From Leptonemataceae bacterium (GTDB lineage: Bacteria > Spirochaetota > Leptospiria > Leptospirales > Leptonemataceae): a stretch of 64,000 nt of DNA. Position 1 is the first letter of the stretch; every line of letters begins with the position of its first letter. The stretch is taken from assembly GCA_965227295.1 (NCBI GenBank), contig OZ245742.1:4288001-4352000 (forward strand), given 5' to 3'. Shown piece after piece: positions 40,505 through 50,581 of this stretch. Position numbers and translations under genes: made by a program. Under the pieces are notes generated by a model, which worked only from the letters and a program-made list of their open reading frames with translations, ran no database searches and was not told where the DNA came from.

Positions 40505-40618
40505 ACTCCGAGGACCGAGGTACCGAGGTAAAAAAGAAAACTGAAAGCTCCCATAACCTGAACGCTTTCCCATCACGCACGCCCTCCCCGAAAACCTCGA
40601 ACTCTCGGTCCTCGGAGT
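40505..40618. repeat. MITE-like element bounded by 15-bp perfect inverted repeats
   Basis: ACTCCGAGGACCGAG (40505-19) and CTCGGTCCTCGGAGT (40604-18). Confidence 0.7.
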
Positions 40619-40622
40619 CCAT

Positions 40623-41753
40623 TCATCTTCCCTCAAGCACCTCACGATACACGGCCATCGTATCCCTTACGGTCGCCTCTTTGCTGAACTTCTTCACGCG
40701 CTCTCGATTCAAGTTACCGAACTTCGCACGCAAACCCGCATCCGTCAACAAGCGCGCCATGTTTTCCGCGAGCGCGCCCGGATCCTCCGCCGGACTCAAA
40801 AGCCCGCCCTCGCCGTCCACGATCATTTCCGGGATACCGCCGGCCGCCGTCGCCGCCACCGGCAGGCCGTAGCCCATGGCGTCCAAAACCGCCGTGCCCA
40901 GGCCCTCTTCGTTCGACGACATCACAAAAACATCGAAGAGACCGTAGAGATCGTCCACGTCGTTGCGATAGCCTGTGAATGTTAGAAAACCGCCCTCGAG
41001 CAAACCCGCGGCGTCGGCCTGGACCTCCAGGCTTTCGCGTAACTTACCTTCACCTGCAATTAAGACGTGGAACGCGGGGAGCTGATCTTTGCGGCGCGCG
41101 AGTTCCGCCGTGGCCGCGACCAGGGTCTTCTGATCCTTATGCCCCACCAGCATGGCCACGTTGCCGAAGACGATCGTCTCATCCGCCAGGCCCAACTCCG
41201 CGCGCAGACGCCCGATGGCCGTCGCATCATGCTTTTTCTCAAAACGTTCGAGGTCGATGCCCGAATACGCAATGCGGATGCGCTCTTCCGGAATGCCGTC
41301 CAGCATGAGGATGCGCTTCACGTTCTCGGAGATGGCGATGTACATCGCCACGTGCGGGCTCAGATACTTGCGCCGGGAAAGAAAGTTCGTGCCGGCCGGG
41401 AAATCCACGCGCCGCGAAACGATGAGTTTCGTTTTGGGCAGACCGCGCACCGCCATGAGGCCCAGGCCGTGGGCGCGCGAAGTATGGGCGTGCACGAGGT
41501 TCGCCCCGAACTCCCGCGCGATGTTCCGAATGCGTCGCGCGGCCAGGAGGTCCCACTCGCCGCCCATGCGTACAGCACGGAACGGCAGACCGGCCTCTTC
41601 ACAACGCGCCTGGAGTTCCGAGTCCGGCCGGCCGACGACGAGCTGCTGAATTTCGGGGCCGACGTCGCGCAAACCTTGCGCCAGAAATAAAACCTGGCGT
41701 TCGCCGCCGCGCCAGGTCTTCGCCGTATTCAAATGCAGGACGCGCGGATTCAT
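40623..41753 (-). CDS. Glycosyltransferase family 4
   Basis: WRGGERQ, HAH, SNEEGLGTAVLDAM, GGIPE. Confidence 0.92.
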   Translation of the reverse strand: MNPRVLHLNTAKTWRGGERQVLFLAQGLRDVGPEIQQLVVGRPDSELQARCEEAGLPFRAVRMGGEWDLLAARRIRNIAREFGANLVHAHTSRAHGLGLMAVRGLPKTKLIVSRRVDFPAGTNFLSRRKYLSPHVAMYIAISENVKRILMLDGIPEERIRIAYSGIDLERFEKKHDATAIGRLRAELGLADETIVFGNVAMLVGHKDQKTLVAATAELARRKDQLPAFHVLIAGEGKLRESLEVQADAAGLLEGGFLTFTGYRNDVDDLYGLFDVFVMSSNEEGLGTAVLDAMGYGLPVAATAAGGIPEMIVDGEGGLLSPAEDPGALAENMARLLTDAGLRAKFGNLNRERVKKFSKEATVRDTMAVYREVLEGR

Positions 41754-41773
41754 GAACGTGCGCCCTTAGCAGA

Positions 41774-42790
41774 TTATCCCAGAATGTTAGCGACGTGATC
41801 TTTGTACGTATTCTGCAAACGCGCGCCGTGGACCTGGACGATCTGGGAGCCCATGTAGTTGCCCCAGCGCGCCGCCTTCGCGTTGTCGTAACCGTGAGTC
41901 AGCGCATACAATACGCCGCCGGCGAAGGCGTCTCCGGCTCCGTTCGTATCGACGGCCTTGACCGGAAAGCCCGGCTCCAGGTGTACTTCCGTGCCCTTGT
42001 GCTCGCAGACGTAGGCGCCCTTCTCGGAACTGGTTACGAACACGAGTTCGCAGAGCGTCGCGATTTCTTTAACGACGGCGTCCATATCGTCCCAGCCGGT
42101 AAAGTGTTTCGCTTCCTCGGCATTGCAAAAGACGATGTCGCAGTAATCTTTGACGATCTTCTTGAAGTCGTCGCGGAAATTGTTTACCAAGAAGGGGTCC
42201 GAGAACGTGAACGCCACGGTGACGTCGTTCTTCTTCGCCTGCTCGAAGGCCTCGATGGACGCCTTCTGCGTATCCGGGCCGGCCCAGAGATAACCCTCGA
42301 CGTAGACAATCTTGCTGTCCTTGAGCACGTCCGTGTCGATGTCGGATTTTTGCAACTGCGTGGACACGCCGAGGTGCGTGCACATGGTCCGCTGGGAGTC
42401 CGGCGTCGTAAGAACGACACAGGTACCGGTGGGGCCGGTGGATTCGGGCACGGCCTGGACCTCGAAGCCGATGCCGGCCTTCGTGAGGTCGCGCCGGTAG
42501 AACTCGCCGTTCGCGTCGTCGGCGACTTTGCCGGTATAAACGCCGGAACCACCGGACAATGCAATGTTGTACATGGTGTTGCAGGCCGATCCGCCGGACC
42601 GCAGCTCCATGGTTTTGTCCTGGAGATCGTAGAGGATGTCCCCCTGGCGGTCGCCTTCGACCAGGGTCATGATGCCCTTTGCCAGGCCGTGTTTTTCGAG
42701 AAAGTCATCGTCCACGAAGACGATGGTGTCCACGAGGGCGTTGCCCACTCCGTAGACGTCATATTTGCGATTTTGATTTATACTTGCCAC
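41774..42790 (-). CDS. PfkB family (adenosine kinase-like) kinase
   Basis: GNALVD, GGSACNT, EGYLW, DTNGAGDAFAGG; GTG start 42790. Confidence 0.92.
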   Translation of the reverse strand: MASINQNRKYDVYGVGNALVDTIVFVDDDFLEKHGLAKGIMTLVEGDRQGDILYDLQDKTMELRSGGSACNTMYNIALSGGSGVYTGKVADDANGEFYRRDLTKAGIGFEVQAVPESTGPTGTCVVLTTPDSQRTMCTHLGVSTQLQKSDIDTDVLKDSKIVYVEGYLWAGPDTQKASIEAFEQAKKNDVTVAFTFSDPFLVNNFRDDFKKIVKDYCDIVFCNAEEAKHFTGWDDMDAVVKEIATLCELVFVTSSEKGAYVCEHKGTEVHLEPGFPVKAVDTNGAGDAFAGGVLYALTHGYDNAKAARWGNYMGSQIVQVHGARLQNTYKDHVANILG

Positions 42791-42829
42791 TCGTTCACAT
42801 TTTCGCGCCGCTATCTCAGGGCAACCAAA

Positions 42830-44899
42830 ATGACCGACACCGGATCTCCGGTCAGACACGCATGCAAACAGCTTCTGGACTGGACTCTACGCTGCTGGAT
42901 CGTGCTTCTGGCGCACCGGCTCCTCTTCACCCTGGCCTACCTGCCGGCAAACACCGATCTCGTCACCCTCGCGGAGCAGTTTTGCCTGGGTTTTTGGTTT
43001 GATTTCTCCACGCTTCCGGTGCTACTTTTACCAATAGCGCTGTTTCTTCCACTATACAGCGCCGGCTGGCCGCTGACGAACCGCCTTGTGCGGGCATTCG
43101 AACTGGCCCAGTGGATCTATCTCGGCGTATGCAACGTCGTTCTGGCCGCGAGCACATACAATTTCGCCTTCAACGGCAAACACCTCGGATGGGAGCTTTT
43201 TGCCTATCTGAACGATCTATCCACGTTGATCGGCGGGGTCGCGGAGCGCTCCCCGCTGCTCCTGCCCCTGGCCGTGCTCATCGCGCTCGGATTCGCGGCA
43301 GGGGGGTGGCTCCTGCTCCGCCGCTCGCCCGCCCCGGTTTACTCACAGGAAACTCGCACGTTTTCCCTGCCCCTGCGGATTTTTGCTATCTTTCTGTCCC
43401 AGGTATGCATCATGGGCATTATGTCCCTCGCGATCCGCGGAGGATTCCAGGACACTCCGCTCCGCTCGCCCGACGCCATTCGGTACGGGACGGCGTATCT
43501 AAACAACGTGCCGCTGAACGGTCTGTTCACCGTCAGCCGGGACGCCGAGGATCGCTCCGACTTCGTAAGATTCTACGACCCCGCGGAGAACGTGGCCGCC
43601 GTGCGCACGCTCCTGGACCCGCGACCGAACGCCTTCCTTTCGGACGAGTATCCCCTGCTCCGCCGCATGCCCCCGCGTCGCCTCGCCGGCGAACGCAAGG
43701 CACCGAACATCGTCCTGGTCATCCTGGAATCGTTCACGGCGAAGTACCTGGCCACCCACGGCGGCGATCCGCGCATTGCACCGAACTTCGAGCGGCTCTC
43801 GCGCGACGGGCTCTACTTCGAGCGCTTCATGGCCTCGGGCGGGCGCAGCGCCAACGGCCTCTTCTGCATGTTCGCCGGCCTGCCGGACCGCGCCAATCGT
43901 ACCATCCTGCGCAGCAACGAGGCGCAGAATCGCATGGGCGGGCTCGCGCGCATCTTACGCGACAACCACGAGTACCGAACGATCTTCGTGCACGGCGGGG
44001 ACCTGCGCTTCGACAGCCTGGACCGCATGCTGCCGCACCTGGGATTCGAAACGGCCGTGGGCTGGCGCGAAATGGAGGCAGATCGCGCGGGCCTGGGACT
44101 GAACGAAGACGACCGGCGCACGAGCTGGGGTTTCTTGGATCACGTGAGCTTCCGCGTCGCGGAAACGTTGATCGACGACGCGGCGAAACGGGACGACGGG
44201 CGGCCGTTTTTCGCGACGGTCTTTACGCTAAATACACATCATCCGTACTTAGTGCCGAACGGCGACGAGCGTATCTTCGATGCCGCGCAGCCCCAGCACG
44301 ATTTTCTGAACTCGTACCACGCCACGGACAAAGCGCTCGGCGCATTTCTCGACAAACTGCGTACGAAATCATATTACAACAATACGATCTTCGTCTTCAC
44401 GGCGGACCACGCGCATCATGCGCAGTTGAACTACCTCGAAGATCGACACATTCCGCTCCTGATCTACGCGCCGGGCCGCAACGATGCGCGCTTGCGCGGG
44501 CGACGCACGGACCTGGCGAGTCAACTGGATCTGCTGCCGACGATCTTCGGCCTCGCCGGCGGCGACGGCGTATACGCGGCCATGGGTCGCGACCTGCTGC
44601 ACGAAGACACCCCGTCACCGCACGCCTACTATGCCGGCGGTTCCGGTACCGGGGCCATCGGCTGGATTCAGGGCGAGCTCATGCTGATGCAGTGGATCGG
44701 CGCGGAGAATCGCATTTTACTTACGGCACGCCACCCGGCCGACGTCAGCGATTTGTTTCCGGAGCATCCGGACATCGGCGCGGCCTTCGTGGAACGCAGT
44801 CGCCACTTCCACCAGTTCGCACGTTATCTCGAACAAAACAATCGCATCTGGCCCCCCGCTTCCACCGGGGAATCCGATCTGCAAACGACACAACCTTGA
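42830..44899 (+). CDS. LTA synthase/sulfatase family membrane protein
   Basis: TMs, IRGG, NIVLVILES, SGGRS, THHPY, TADH; ATG 42830 (the longer ORF is antisense to pfkB). Confidence 0.87.
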   Translation: MTDTGSPVRHACKQLLDWTLRCWIVLLAHRLLFTLAYLPANTDLVTLAEQFCLGFWFDFSTLPVLLLPIALFLPLYSAGWPLTNRLVRAFELAQWIYLGVCNVVLAASTYNFAFNGKHLGWELFAYLNDLSTLIGGVAERSPLLLPLAVLIALGFAAGGWLLLRRSPAPVYSQETRTFSLPLRIFAIFLSQVCIMGIMSLAIRGGFQDTPLRSPDAIRYGTAYLNNVPLNGLFTVSRDAEDRSDFVRFYDPAENVAAVRTLLDPRPNAFLSDEYPLLRRMPPRRLAGERKAPNIVLVILESFTAKYLATHGGDPRIAPNFERLSRDGLYFERFMASGGRSANGLFCMFAGLPDRANRTILRSNEAQNRMGGLARILRDNHEYRTIFVHGGDLRFDSLDRMLPHLGFETAVGWREMEADRAGLGLNEDDRRTSWGFLDHVSFRVAETLIDDAAKRDDGRPFFATVFTLNTHHPYLVPNGDERIFDAAQPQHDFLNSYHATDKALGAFLDKLRTKSYYNNTIFVFTADHAHHAQLNYLEDRHIPLLIYAPGRNDARLRGRRTDLASQLDLLPTIFGLAGGDGVYAAMGRDLLHEDTPSPHAYYAGGSGTGAIGWIQGELMLMQWIGAENRILLTARHPADVSDLFPEHPDIGAAFVERSRHFHQFARYLEQNNRIWPPASTGESDLQTTQP

Positions 44900-44916
44900 C
44901 GGGAGTCCCATAACGT

Positions 44917-46158
44917 ATGGAAACACACATCCTGGGAAAATATAAAACGTACAAACACAACGACGATCGCGACGCGGGCCGGGAAATTGCACATTACATG
45001 TACCACGAGTTGGGCCGCTGGCTGGAACAGGGCAAACCCGACGAGAAGTTCCTCCAGGCGTTCAACGAGTTTTTTACGAAGACCGAGGAATACCAGTTTT
45101 CGAGCCAGGACTTGATCGACCTCGGCCTCATGCATACGGCGGAGGCGGTATCGAGCTACCAGCCGAAGGACGATCCGGAACAACAGATTACGAAGTTTTA
45201 CTTAAACGAGGCGCGGTTGCCGTTCTTCGCGAGCATCGACGATGAAGCCTATCGCATGCTGAAAAACTTCGAGTTTTCGGAGATCGACTTTCAGATTTAC
45301 GAAATCATCGGCGGCGATTTTCCCCACGACGCGGCGCAGAACTTTTTGATGCACAACGAGTGGGTGGATATCTGGATCGCCCTGCGTTACCTGGACACGA
45401 TGCCCGACGCGCACTTCGACCTGGAACTCATCGAACGCATGATGGCCGGCCGTGACAGCATACACGAAAAGTTGATTTTGCTGGGTTATCTCTGCGTGGT
45501 GGACCTGGACTTGATCGAAGAGTCCCTCGACGAAAACATCGGCCGCAGCCGCTTTAACTTTCCGTCCCGGATTACCCGGCCCATGCTCGCCGCGATTCAC
45601 AAGATGATTCGCGATCACGTGCACGACGGCGAGCTGGACGTCCACTGGGAACAGGACCTGGATCCGCAGTTCCTCCACGAGACGGTGTTCGTATTGCTCG
45701 TGTACTTCGAGATCACGCATGCTTCGCTGTTGCCGGGCTGGATTCGCCTGCTTGAGTCGGGCATGCTCTCGACCTGGACGACGAAGTCCGTCGAGGACGG
45801 CCACGAAATCGTTTACCAGCCCATCGCCGAATTTACCGGGAGCATCCTGTCGCTCTTAACCGAAGAAGACCTGCACTTTCTTCTGGAGACGTCGTTGATT
45901 CTGCCGTCATTCTTTGAGAGCTTGCCGAACTACAACCCCGAGGCGTTCCAGAACTTTCTGCTCGCCTTCGTGCGCGAAGATCAGTTATTGCTGGCCGAAC
46001 TGGAGCTGGCATTGCCGACGGACGCCGAAACCTATCGCGATCGCGGGGACGATCTCGGCCCGGCACGCTGGAGCGCCTGCGCCGGCGCCGTGGGTTTTCA
46101 GATCATCCTCGATAACGAGGGCCGGCCGAAGCTCATGCCGGCCGGGGGGCACAACTGA
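44917..46158 (+). CDS. Hypothetical acidic protein
   Basis: 413 aa ORF with GGGAG RBS and coding-like codon usage; no motif recognised. Confidence 0.75.
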   Translation: METHILGKYKTYKHNDDRDAGREIAHYMYHELGRWLEQGKPDEKFLQAFNEFFTKTEEYQFSSQDLIDLGLMHTAEAVSSYQPKDDPEQQITKFYLNEARLPFFASIDDEAYRMLKNFEFSEIDFQIYEIIGGDFPHDAAQNFLMHNEWVDIWIALRYLDTMPDAHFDLELIERMMAGRDSIHEKLILLGYLCVVDLDLIEESLDENIGRSRFNFPSRITRPMLAAIHKMIRDHVHDGELDVHWEQDLDPQFLHETVFVLLVYFEITHASLLPGWIRLLESGMLSTWTTKSVEDGHEIVYQPIAEFTGSILSLLTEEDLHFLLETSLILPSFFESLPNYNPEAFQNFLLAFVREDQLLLAELELALPTDAETYRDRGDDLGPARWSACAGAVGFQIILDNEGRPKLMPAGGHN

Positions 46159-46163
46159 GCGAC

Positions 46164-46619
46164 GTGTCCCGCGGCCCCGGCGATGCGGCACCAGGCCAGC
46201 CCGGTGTCTTTCAGATTACGCTGAAGGTTTTTTTGCGACGGGGCGACGAGTTCCTGGTGCTCCGGGACGCGAAGGCCGGCGTCGGCGACCTGCCCGGCGG
46301 GCGGCTGAATCCCGGCGAGATCTACGAGCCGTGGGTAGATTCCGTTCGACGTGAGTTAAGCGAGGAACTGGGCGACGGTTTCGAGTTCGAGATCGCAAAC
46401 GGCGGCGAACCGATTTTTATTTTTCCGCATTTTATTCAGGAAAGCGGATACGAGGGCCTGGGCATCGCGTATCTGGCGGAATTCCTGGGCGGCGAGGTGC
46501 GGCTTTCGGATGAGCATGATGATATGCGGTGGGTGTCCGTGAAGGAGTGGGATGCGTCGGAGATGTTCGTGACGCATTTGCTCGGGGCAGTGCAGCGGTT
46601 TCAGCGGGAGTTCGATTGA
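46164..46619 (+). CDS. NUDIX hydrolase
   Basis: PGGRLNPGE......RRELSEELG Nudix box, SDEH. Confidence 0.88.
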   Translation: MSRGPGDAAPGQPGVFQITLKVFLRRGDEFLVLRDAKAGVGDLPGGRLNPGEIYEPWVDSVRRELSEELGDGFEFEIANGGEPIFIFPHFIQESGYEGLGIAYLAEFLGGEVRLSDEHDDMRWVSVKEWDASEMFVTHLLGAVQRFQREFD

Positions 46620-46904
46620 AGTACGGGAAACGATGTTGTATGGTCGCCGGCCTGCTGCTGGCCGGCAAGAGCGCCGGAAAAATACCGACGTCGATGTCCA
46701 GACGCTGCTGGATCAAATCGACCAACGCCGGCAAACGTCCTGAAACGCAAGATGTGGCTGTACCACTACGACACGGAGCCGGTCTACGAAGACGGCGAGT
46801 TCGGCGGCACGTTACGCGTCGAGGAACATCAGCGCATCGCTCCGAATGACTTAAGGCGATCGGAGAGTAGCGCAAACGGAACAAGGCCGCGTCGTGAATC
46901 ACAA

Positions 46905-47024
46905 CTCTTGCGTCAGCGATTGGAAGGGTGGCCGAAGGCCAGTCTCGCGCAGCGAGACCGGAGCGAAGCGGAGCCCTGGAAAGCGCGGTGCCCGGCGGCT
47001 TCCGACGCCGCCGGGCAGACGCCC
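46905..47024 (-). repeat. Structured intergenic element, copy F
   Basis: Reverse complement GGGCGTC-hairpin-CCGCGCTTTCCAGGG...CCCTTCCAATCGCTGACGC-AAGAG. Confidence 0.9.
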
Positions 47025-47069
47025 ATCATCCCAATTAAGATTTTCCAGATGAATCTTAAGAATTAATTT

Positions 47070-47187
47070 GGGCGCCCCCGCCCCTGTGGGGCGGTCGGGC
47101 TGCTCCGGGCTCCGCTTCGCTTCGGTCCTCCGCCTTCGGCTCCGGACTCGCGCTAACGCGCGACCCTGCGCATCCCTGGCGCAAAGA
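47070..47187 (+). repeat. Structured intergenic element, copy G
   Basis: GGGCGCC-hairpin-TCGGGCTGCTCCGGG...CCCTGCGCATCCCTGGCGC-AAAGA. Confidence 0.9.
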
Positions 47188-47199
47188 GTCGAACTTCGC

Positions 47200-47685
47200 T
47201 CACTCCCCGTCGGACTCGAACGCCAGCGCGATCTGACCGGTGCGGGCCATCTCCGTAATCCCGAACTTCTTGAGTAAACCGATGGCCCCGCTGATGCGAC
47301 GGTTGTTGCCGTTGATCTCGATTAACATGGATGTCTCGCTCAGCTCGGCGACCTTGCCTTCGAAGACTTCGACGACAGCCATGATCTCGTTGCGGTTCTC
47401 GGCCGAGGCCTGCACGCGCACGAGCATGAGCTCGCGCGTAACCGAACCGTGATACGGCAGCGCGCGGACTTCCATGACGTCCGCGAGTTTGAGCAACTGT
47501 CCCTGGAATTGCCGCAGATCGTTCTCGTCACCTTTCATGACGATGGTCATCGTCGAAACCTCGGGATCCTCGGTGGTGCCGACGGCGATGCTGTCGATGT
47601 TAAAGGCCCGGCGGGTGAACAGGCCGGAGACGGACGACATGACGCCCGGACGGTTCTTCACGTAAATGGACAGGATGTGCTTCAC
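47200..47685 (-). CDS. ilvN: Acetolactate synthase small subunit
   Basis: V.NRPGV...SGLFTRRAFNIDS ACT domain, RELML, EMARTG. Confidence 0.95.
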   Translation of the reverse strand: MKHILSIYVKNRPGVMSSVSGLFTRRAFNIDSIAVGTTEDPEVSTMTIVMKGDENDLRQFQGQLLKLADVMEVRALPYHGSVTRELMLVRVQASAENRNEIMAVVEVFEGKVAELSETSMLIEINGNNRRISGAIGLLKKFGITEMARTGQIALAFESDGE

Positions 47686-47794
47686 GCCCGCTTATCTCTC
47701 GCCAGGCCAGGTCCCGTCAAGCCGCTTTCATCTTCTCCTTGCCGCGCATCACCGCGCCGGAATATCGTCCTCCACGTTCTGTTTGGGTTGATAC

Positions 47795-49681
47795 ATGATG
47801 TGGTTCCTCCGATTGATCTTTCTCCCGCTGCGCCTCCTCTGGTTCGCATACGTGCGCTTACGCAACCTGCGCCGCCCCGGTAGCGTTCTGTTTCACCGCC
47901 TGCCCGATCGTTTTACCATGGTCCGCCCCGCGGGTTTCTTCGCGTTTTTTCTGCCGCGTCAGGAAACACACTTTCTCGAGTACCTGGGCTTTCTGCGTCT
48001 CTTACAGGAGAGCCCGACGCTCCGACACCTCGTCTACACCGTGCCGGACCTGGAACAGGCCTCCTGGACCGAGGTCGCGGAAATCGGTCGCTGCCTGGAG
48101 ACGCTCTCCCATCAGAACATCCAGCTTACGGCGTACACCGAGGGCGGCGGACTGAAAAGTCTCTATCTCATGAGTTACGCCGGCCGGCGCCTGGCCGCTC
48201 CCCACGCGAGCTTTTCCTTTCTGCTGCCGGCTCTCGACGGTTACTTCGTCAAGGACACCCTGGCGAAGTTCGGCGTCGCCGTGGAAACCTACACCGCCGG
48301 CAAACACAAGGGCGAAAGCTACGAGATGTTCACGCGCAACGGCTTCTCGCCGGCCGCGCGCAAGAACCTCCAGGAGCTCACCGGCGACTTTCGCAAACAC
48401 ATCGAAGAACGTTTGGGCGCGGCCCGCAATCTCGAAACAAGCGCGCAGAAGAAGTTAAGTAAACTCATCGGCGGGCAGATCCTGGGCGAGAGTGCCGACC
48501 TCAAAACCGCCGGCTACTTCGACGATCTCGTGCAGGCTTCGCGACTCCAGGATTTCGTACTGACCGGCGATCATCCGGATTGGTCCCACGACGTGCAGCA
48601 CGGCTACGCCCCGGACCAGGCCCAGGACACAAGCAATGAGGAAGCGGAGCCCACGCCGGAAGAGGCCCGCCGGACGCTCAAAGAACTTCAGCAACAACTC
48701 AAACACAAGGTGCGCGCGAGCAAAAAACTCACGAACGAAAGCGCGCTCTACAACTACTGGCGCCGCTCCCGCTACAATCCTCTGCGCATTCGTTCGTTGC
48801 CGTCCCTGGCATTCGTAACCCTGGAGGGCCCCATCGTCACCGGCCGGCCCGGTGACCCGCATCGTTCACACAACATCGCCGCACTGAACCTGCGCGATTT
48901 GTTCTACAATCTGGCCGACTCCCGCGAAGAGGCGGTGATCGTATACATCAACAGCCCCGGCGGAAGCGCGGACGCATCCGAACTGCTCTTCGAAAGCATC
49001 TACACGCTTTCCCGGGTAAAACCGGTCATCGCCGTCGTCGGCACCGTGGCCGCCTCGGGCGGGTACTACCTGGCCTGTGCCGCGAATCGCATCTACGCCT
49101 CGCCGTTTTCCATCGTCGGCAGCATCGGCGTCATTCGTGTGCGACCGAACATCGGCGGGCTCTACAAAAAACTCGGCGTTAAAAGAGAAGATCTGGGCAA
49201 GCAGCCGACCCGGGAACTGCTCTCGGAAGTCGGTCGCTACGGCCCCGCGGCGCAGCGTTTGCTCAAACATTCACTCAAAGTAACTTACGATCTCTTTCTC
49301 AATCGCGTGGCCCTGGGCCGGGCCACCACCGCGAAAGAAGTCCAGCGCATGGCCGAGGGTCGCATCTTCGCGGGACAGCGCTTCGCCGACGCCGGCATGA
49401 TCGACGGTTGCGCGGGCTTCTACGATGTCGTGGCGGAGTACCGTCGCATGAGCGGGTACCGGGAGGACCAGGAGTTCGCCATGAACTTCTATCCCGAAAT
49501 CAAGGCGGACGCGCGCACGCTCATCGCCCCGGCGGGCCTGCCCTTCGGCGCATCGGCGGCGGTGCGTTCGCTGGTTCCGGAACCGGCCCGTAACGTCGCG
49601 GATCTCGTGGAAGATTTGACGGCCGGCGATGCGGGCAGCAGACTCTATTCACCCGTGGCGCGGTTGTTGGGACGATGGTGA
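47795..49681 (+). CDS. sppA: Signal peptide peptidase SppA (S49, two domains)
   Basis: INSPGGS, AASGGYY, GSIGV, AEGRIF.G. Confidence 0.88.
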   Translation: MMWFLRLIFLPLRLLWFAYVRLRNLRRPGSVLFHRLPDRFTMVRPAGFFAFFLPRQETHFLEYLGFLRLLQESPTLRHLVYTVPDLEQASWTEVAEIGRCLETLSHQNIQLTAYTEGGGLKSLYLMSYAGRRLAAPHASFSFLLPALDGYFVKDTLAKFGVAVETYTAGKHKGESYEMFTRNGFSPAARKNLQELTGDFRKHIEERLGAARNLETSAQKKLSKLIGGQILGESADLKTAGYFDDLVQASRLQDFVLTGDHPDWSHDVQHGYAPDQAQDTSNEEAEPTPEEARRTLKELQQQLKHKVRASKKLTNESALYNYWRRSRYNPLRIRSLPSLAFVTLEGPIVTGRPGDPHRSHNIAALNLRDLFYNLADSREEAVIVYINSPGGSADASELLFESIYTLSRVKPVIAVVGTVAASGGYYLACAANRIYASPFSIVGSIGVIRVRPNIGGLYKKLGVKREDLGKQPTRELLSEVGRYGPAAQRLLKHSLKVTYDLFLNRVALGRATTAKEVQRMAEGRIFAGQRFADAGMIDGCAGFYDVVAEYRRMSGYREDQEFAMNFYPEIKADARTLIAPAGLPFGASAAVRSLVPEPARNVADLVEDLTAGDAGSRLYSPVARLLGRW

Positions 49682-50490
49682 TGTCTTCCGTTTCGTACAG
49701 TGACCAGGCACTGACTTTCGCCGGGCGGCTGTTAGTCGTAACGGTCTGGATCAGTGCGATCCTGTTCGGTTTGTTCATCCTCGCGTTTTACTTCGCGGCG
49801 CTGTTGCAGGGGAACACGGCGCAGTGGAACGAAATTCTGCCCGGCCTGTTCGATTCAGGCACCCGCTCGGCCACGTGGGGCATCGGCCTGCATTTCGCCG
49901 GCGGAGGAATCATCTTAATCCTCGGTTTCGTGCAGTTAATTCAGCCGCTGCGAACTCGTTATCCCGCCGTGCATCGCTGGCTGGGACGTGTGTACGTACT
50001 GGCGGCGCTGCTCACCGCCGTGGGCGGGCTGGTGTTCATCTTCGTAAAGGGAACGATCGGCGGGCTGGTGATGGACATCGGATTCGCCGGTTACGGTATA
50101 TTGATGCTGCTCGCCGCCGTGCAAACCATCCGCCATGCGCGGGCGAGCCGCTTCGAAGCGCACCGCGCATGGGCCATTCGGCTCTTCGCCCTCGCCCTGG
50201 GATCCTGGCTGTATCGCATGGACTACGGCTTCTGGTACATGCTGACCGGCGCCGTCGGACACACCGCTGATTTCACCGGCCCCTTCGATTACTTCATGGA
50301 TTTTTTCTTTTATCTTCCGAACCTGGCCGTTGCCGAGGTCTTCATTCGACGCCGGGAACTCCTGCGCTCGGACATCGCGAAGTGGCTCAGCACCGCCGGG
50401 CTGCTCAGCGTCGTACTGTTCCTGGTCGTGGCCACGTACTTTTTTACGAAGCGTTTCTGGGGCCCGGCGATTCTGGATCTGGTGATGTAA
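49675..50490 (+). CDS. DUF2306-like membrane protein
   Basis: H..GG..LG..Q, HRWLGRVY, H.AWAIR. Confidence 0.85.
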   Translation: MVMSSVSYSDQALTFAGRLLVVTVWISAILFGLFILAFYFAALLQGNTAQWNEILPGLFDSGTRSATWGIGLHFAGGGIILILGFVQLIQPLRTRYPAVHRWLGRVYVLAALLTAVGGLVFIFVKGTIGGLVMDIGFAGYGILMLLAAVQTIRHARASRFEAHRAWAIRLFALALGSWLYRMDYGFWYMLTGAVGHTADFTGPFDYFMDFFFYLPNLAVAEVFIRRRELLRSDIAKWLSTAGLLSVVLFLVVATYFFTKRFWGPAILDLVM

Positions 50491-50581
50491 GGCGATAGCC
50501 TGACCACCGTCCGGACGTTTGCGAAATTCGCAGCGGGGTCGTCAAAAATCAAGCGGCCGCATCCGAAAATAATGCATCCCC

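Noticed and set aside
41795..42829. N-terminal extension of the 1034-aa ORF
   Set aside because: It is the antisense shadow of the PfkB gene; the real protein starts near 42830.
43111..44913. Long Arg/Pro-rich alternative-frame and antisense ORFs here and throughout the window
   Set aside because: These are expected shadows of high-GC codon usage over recognisable genes.
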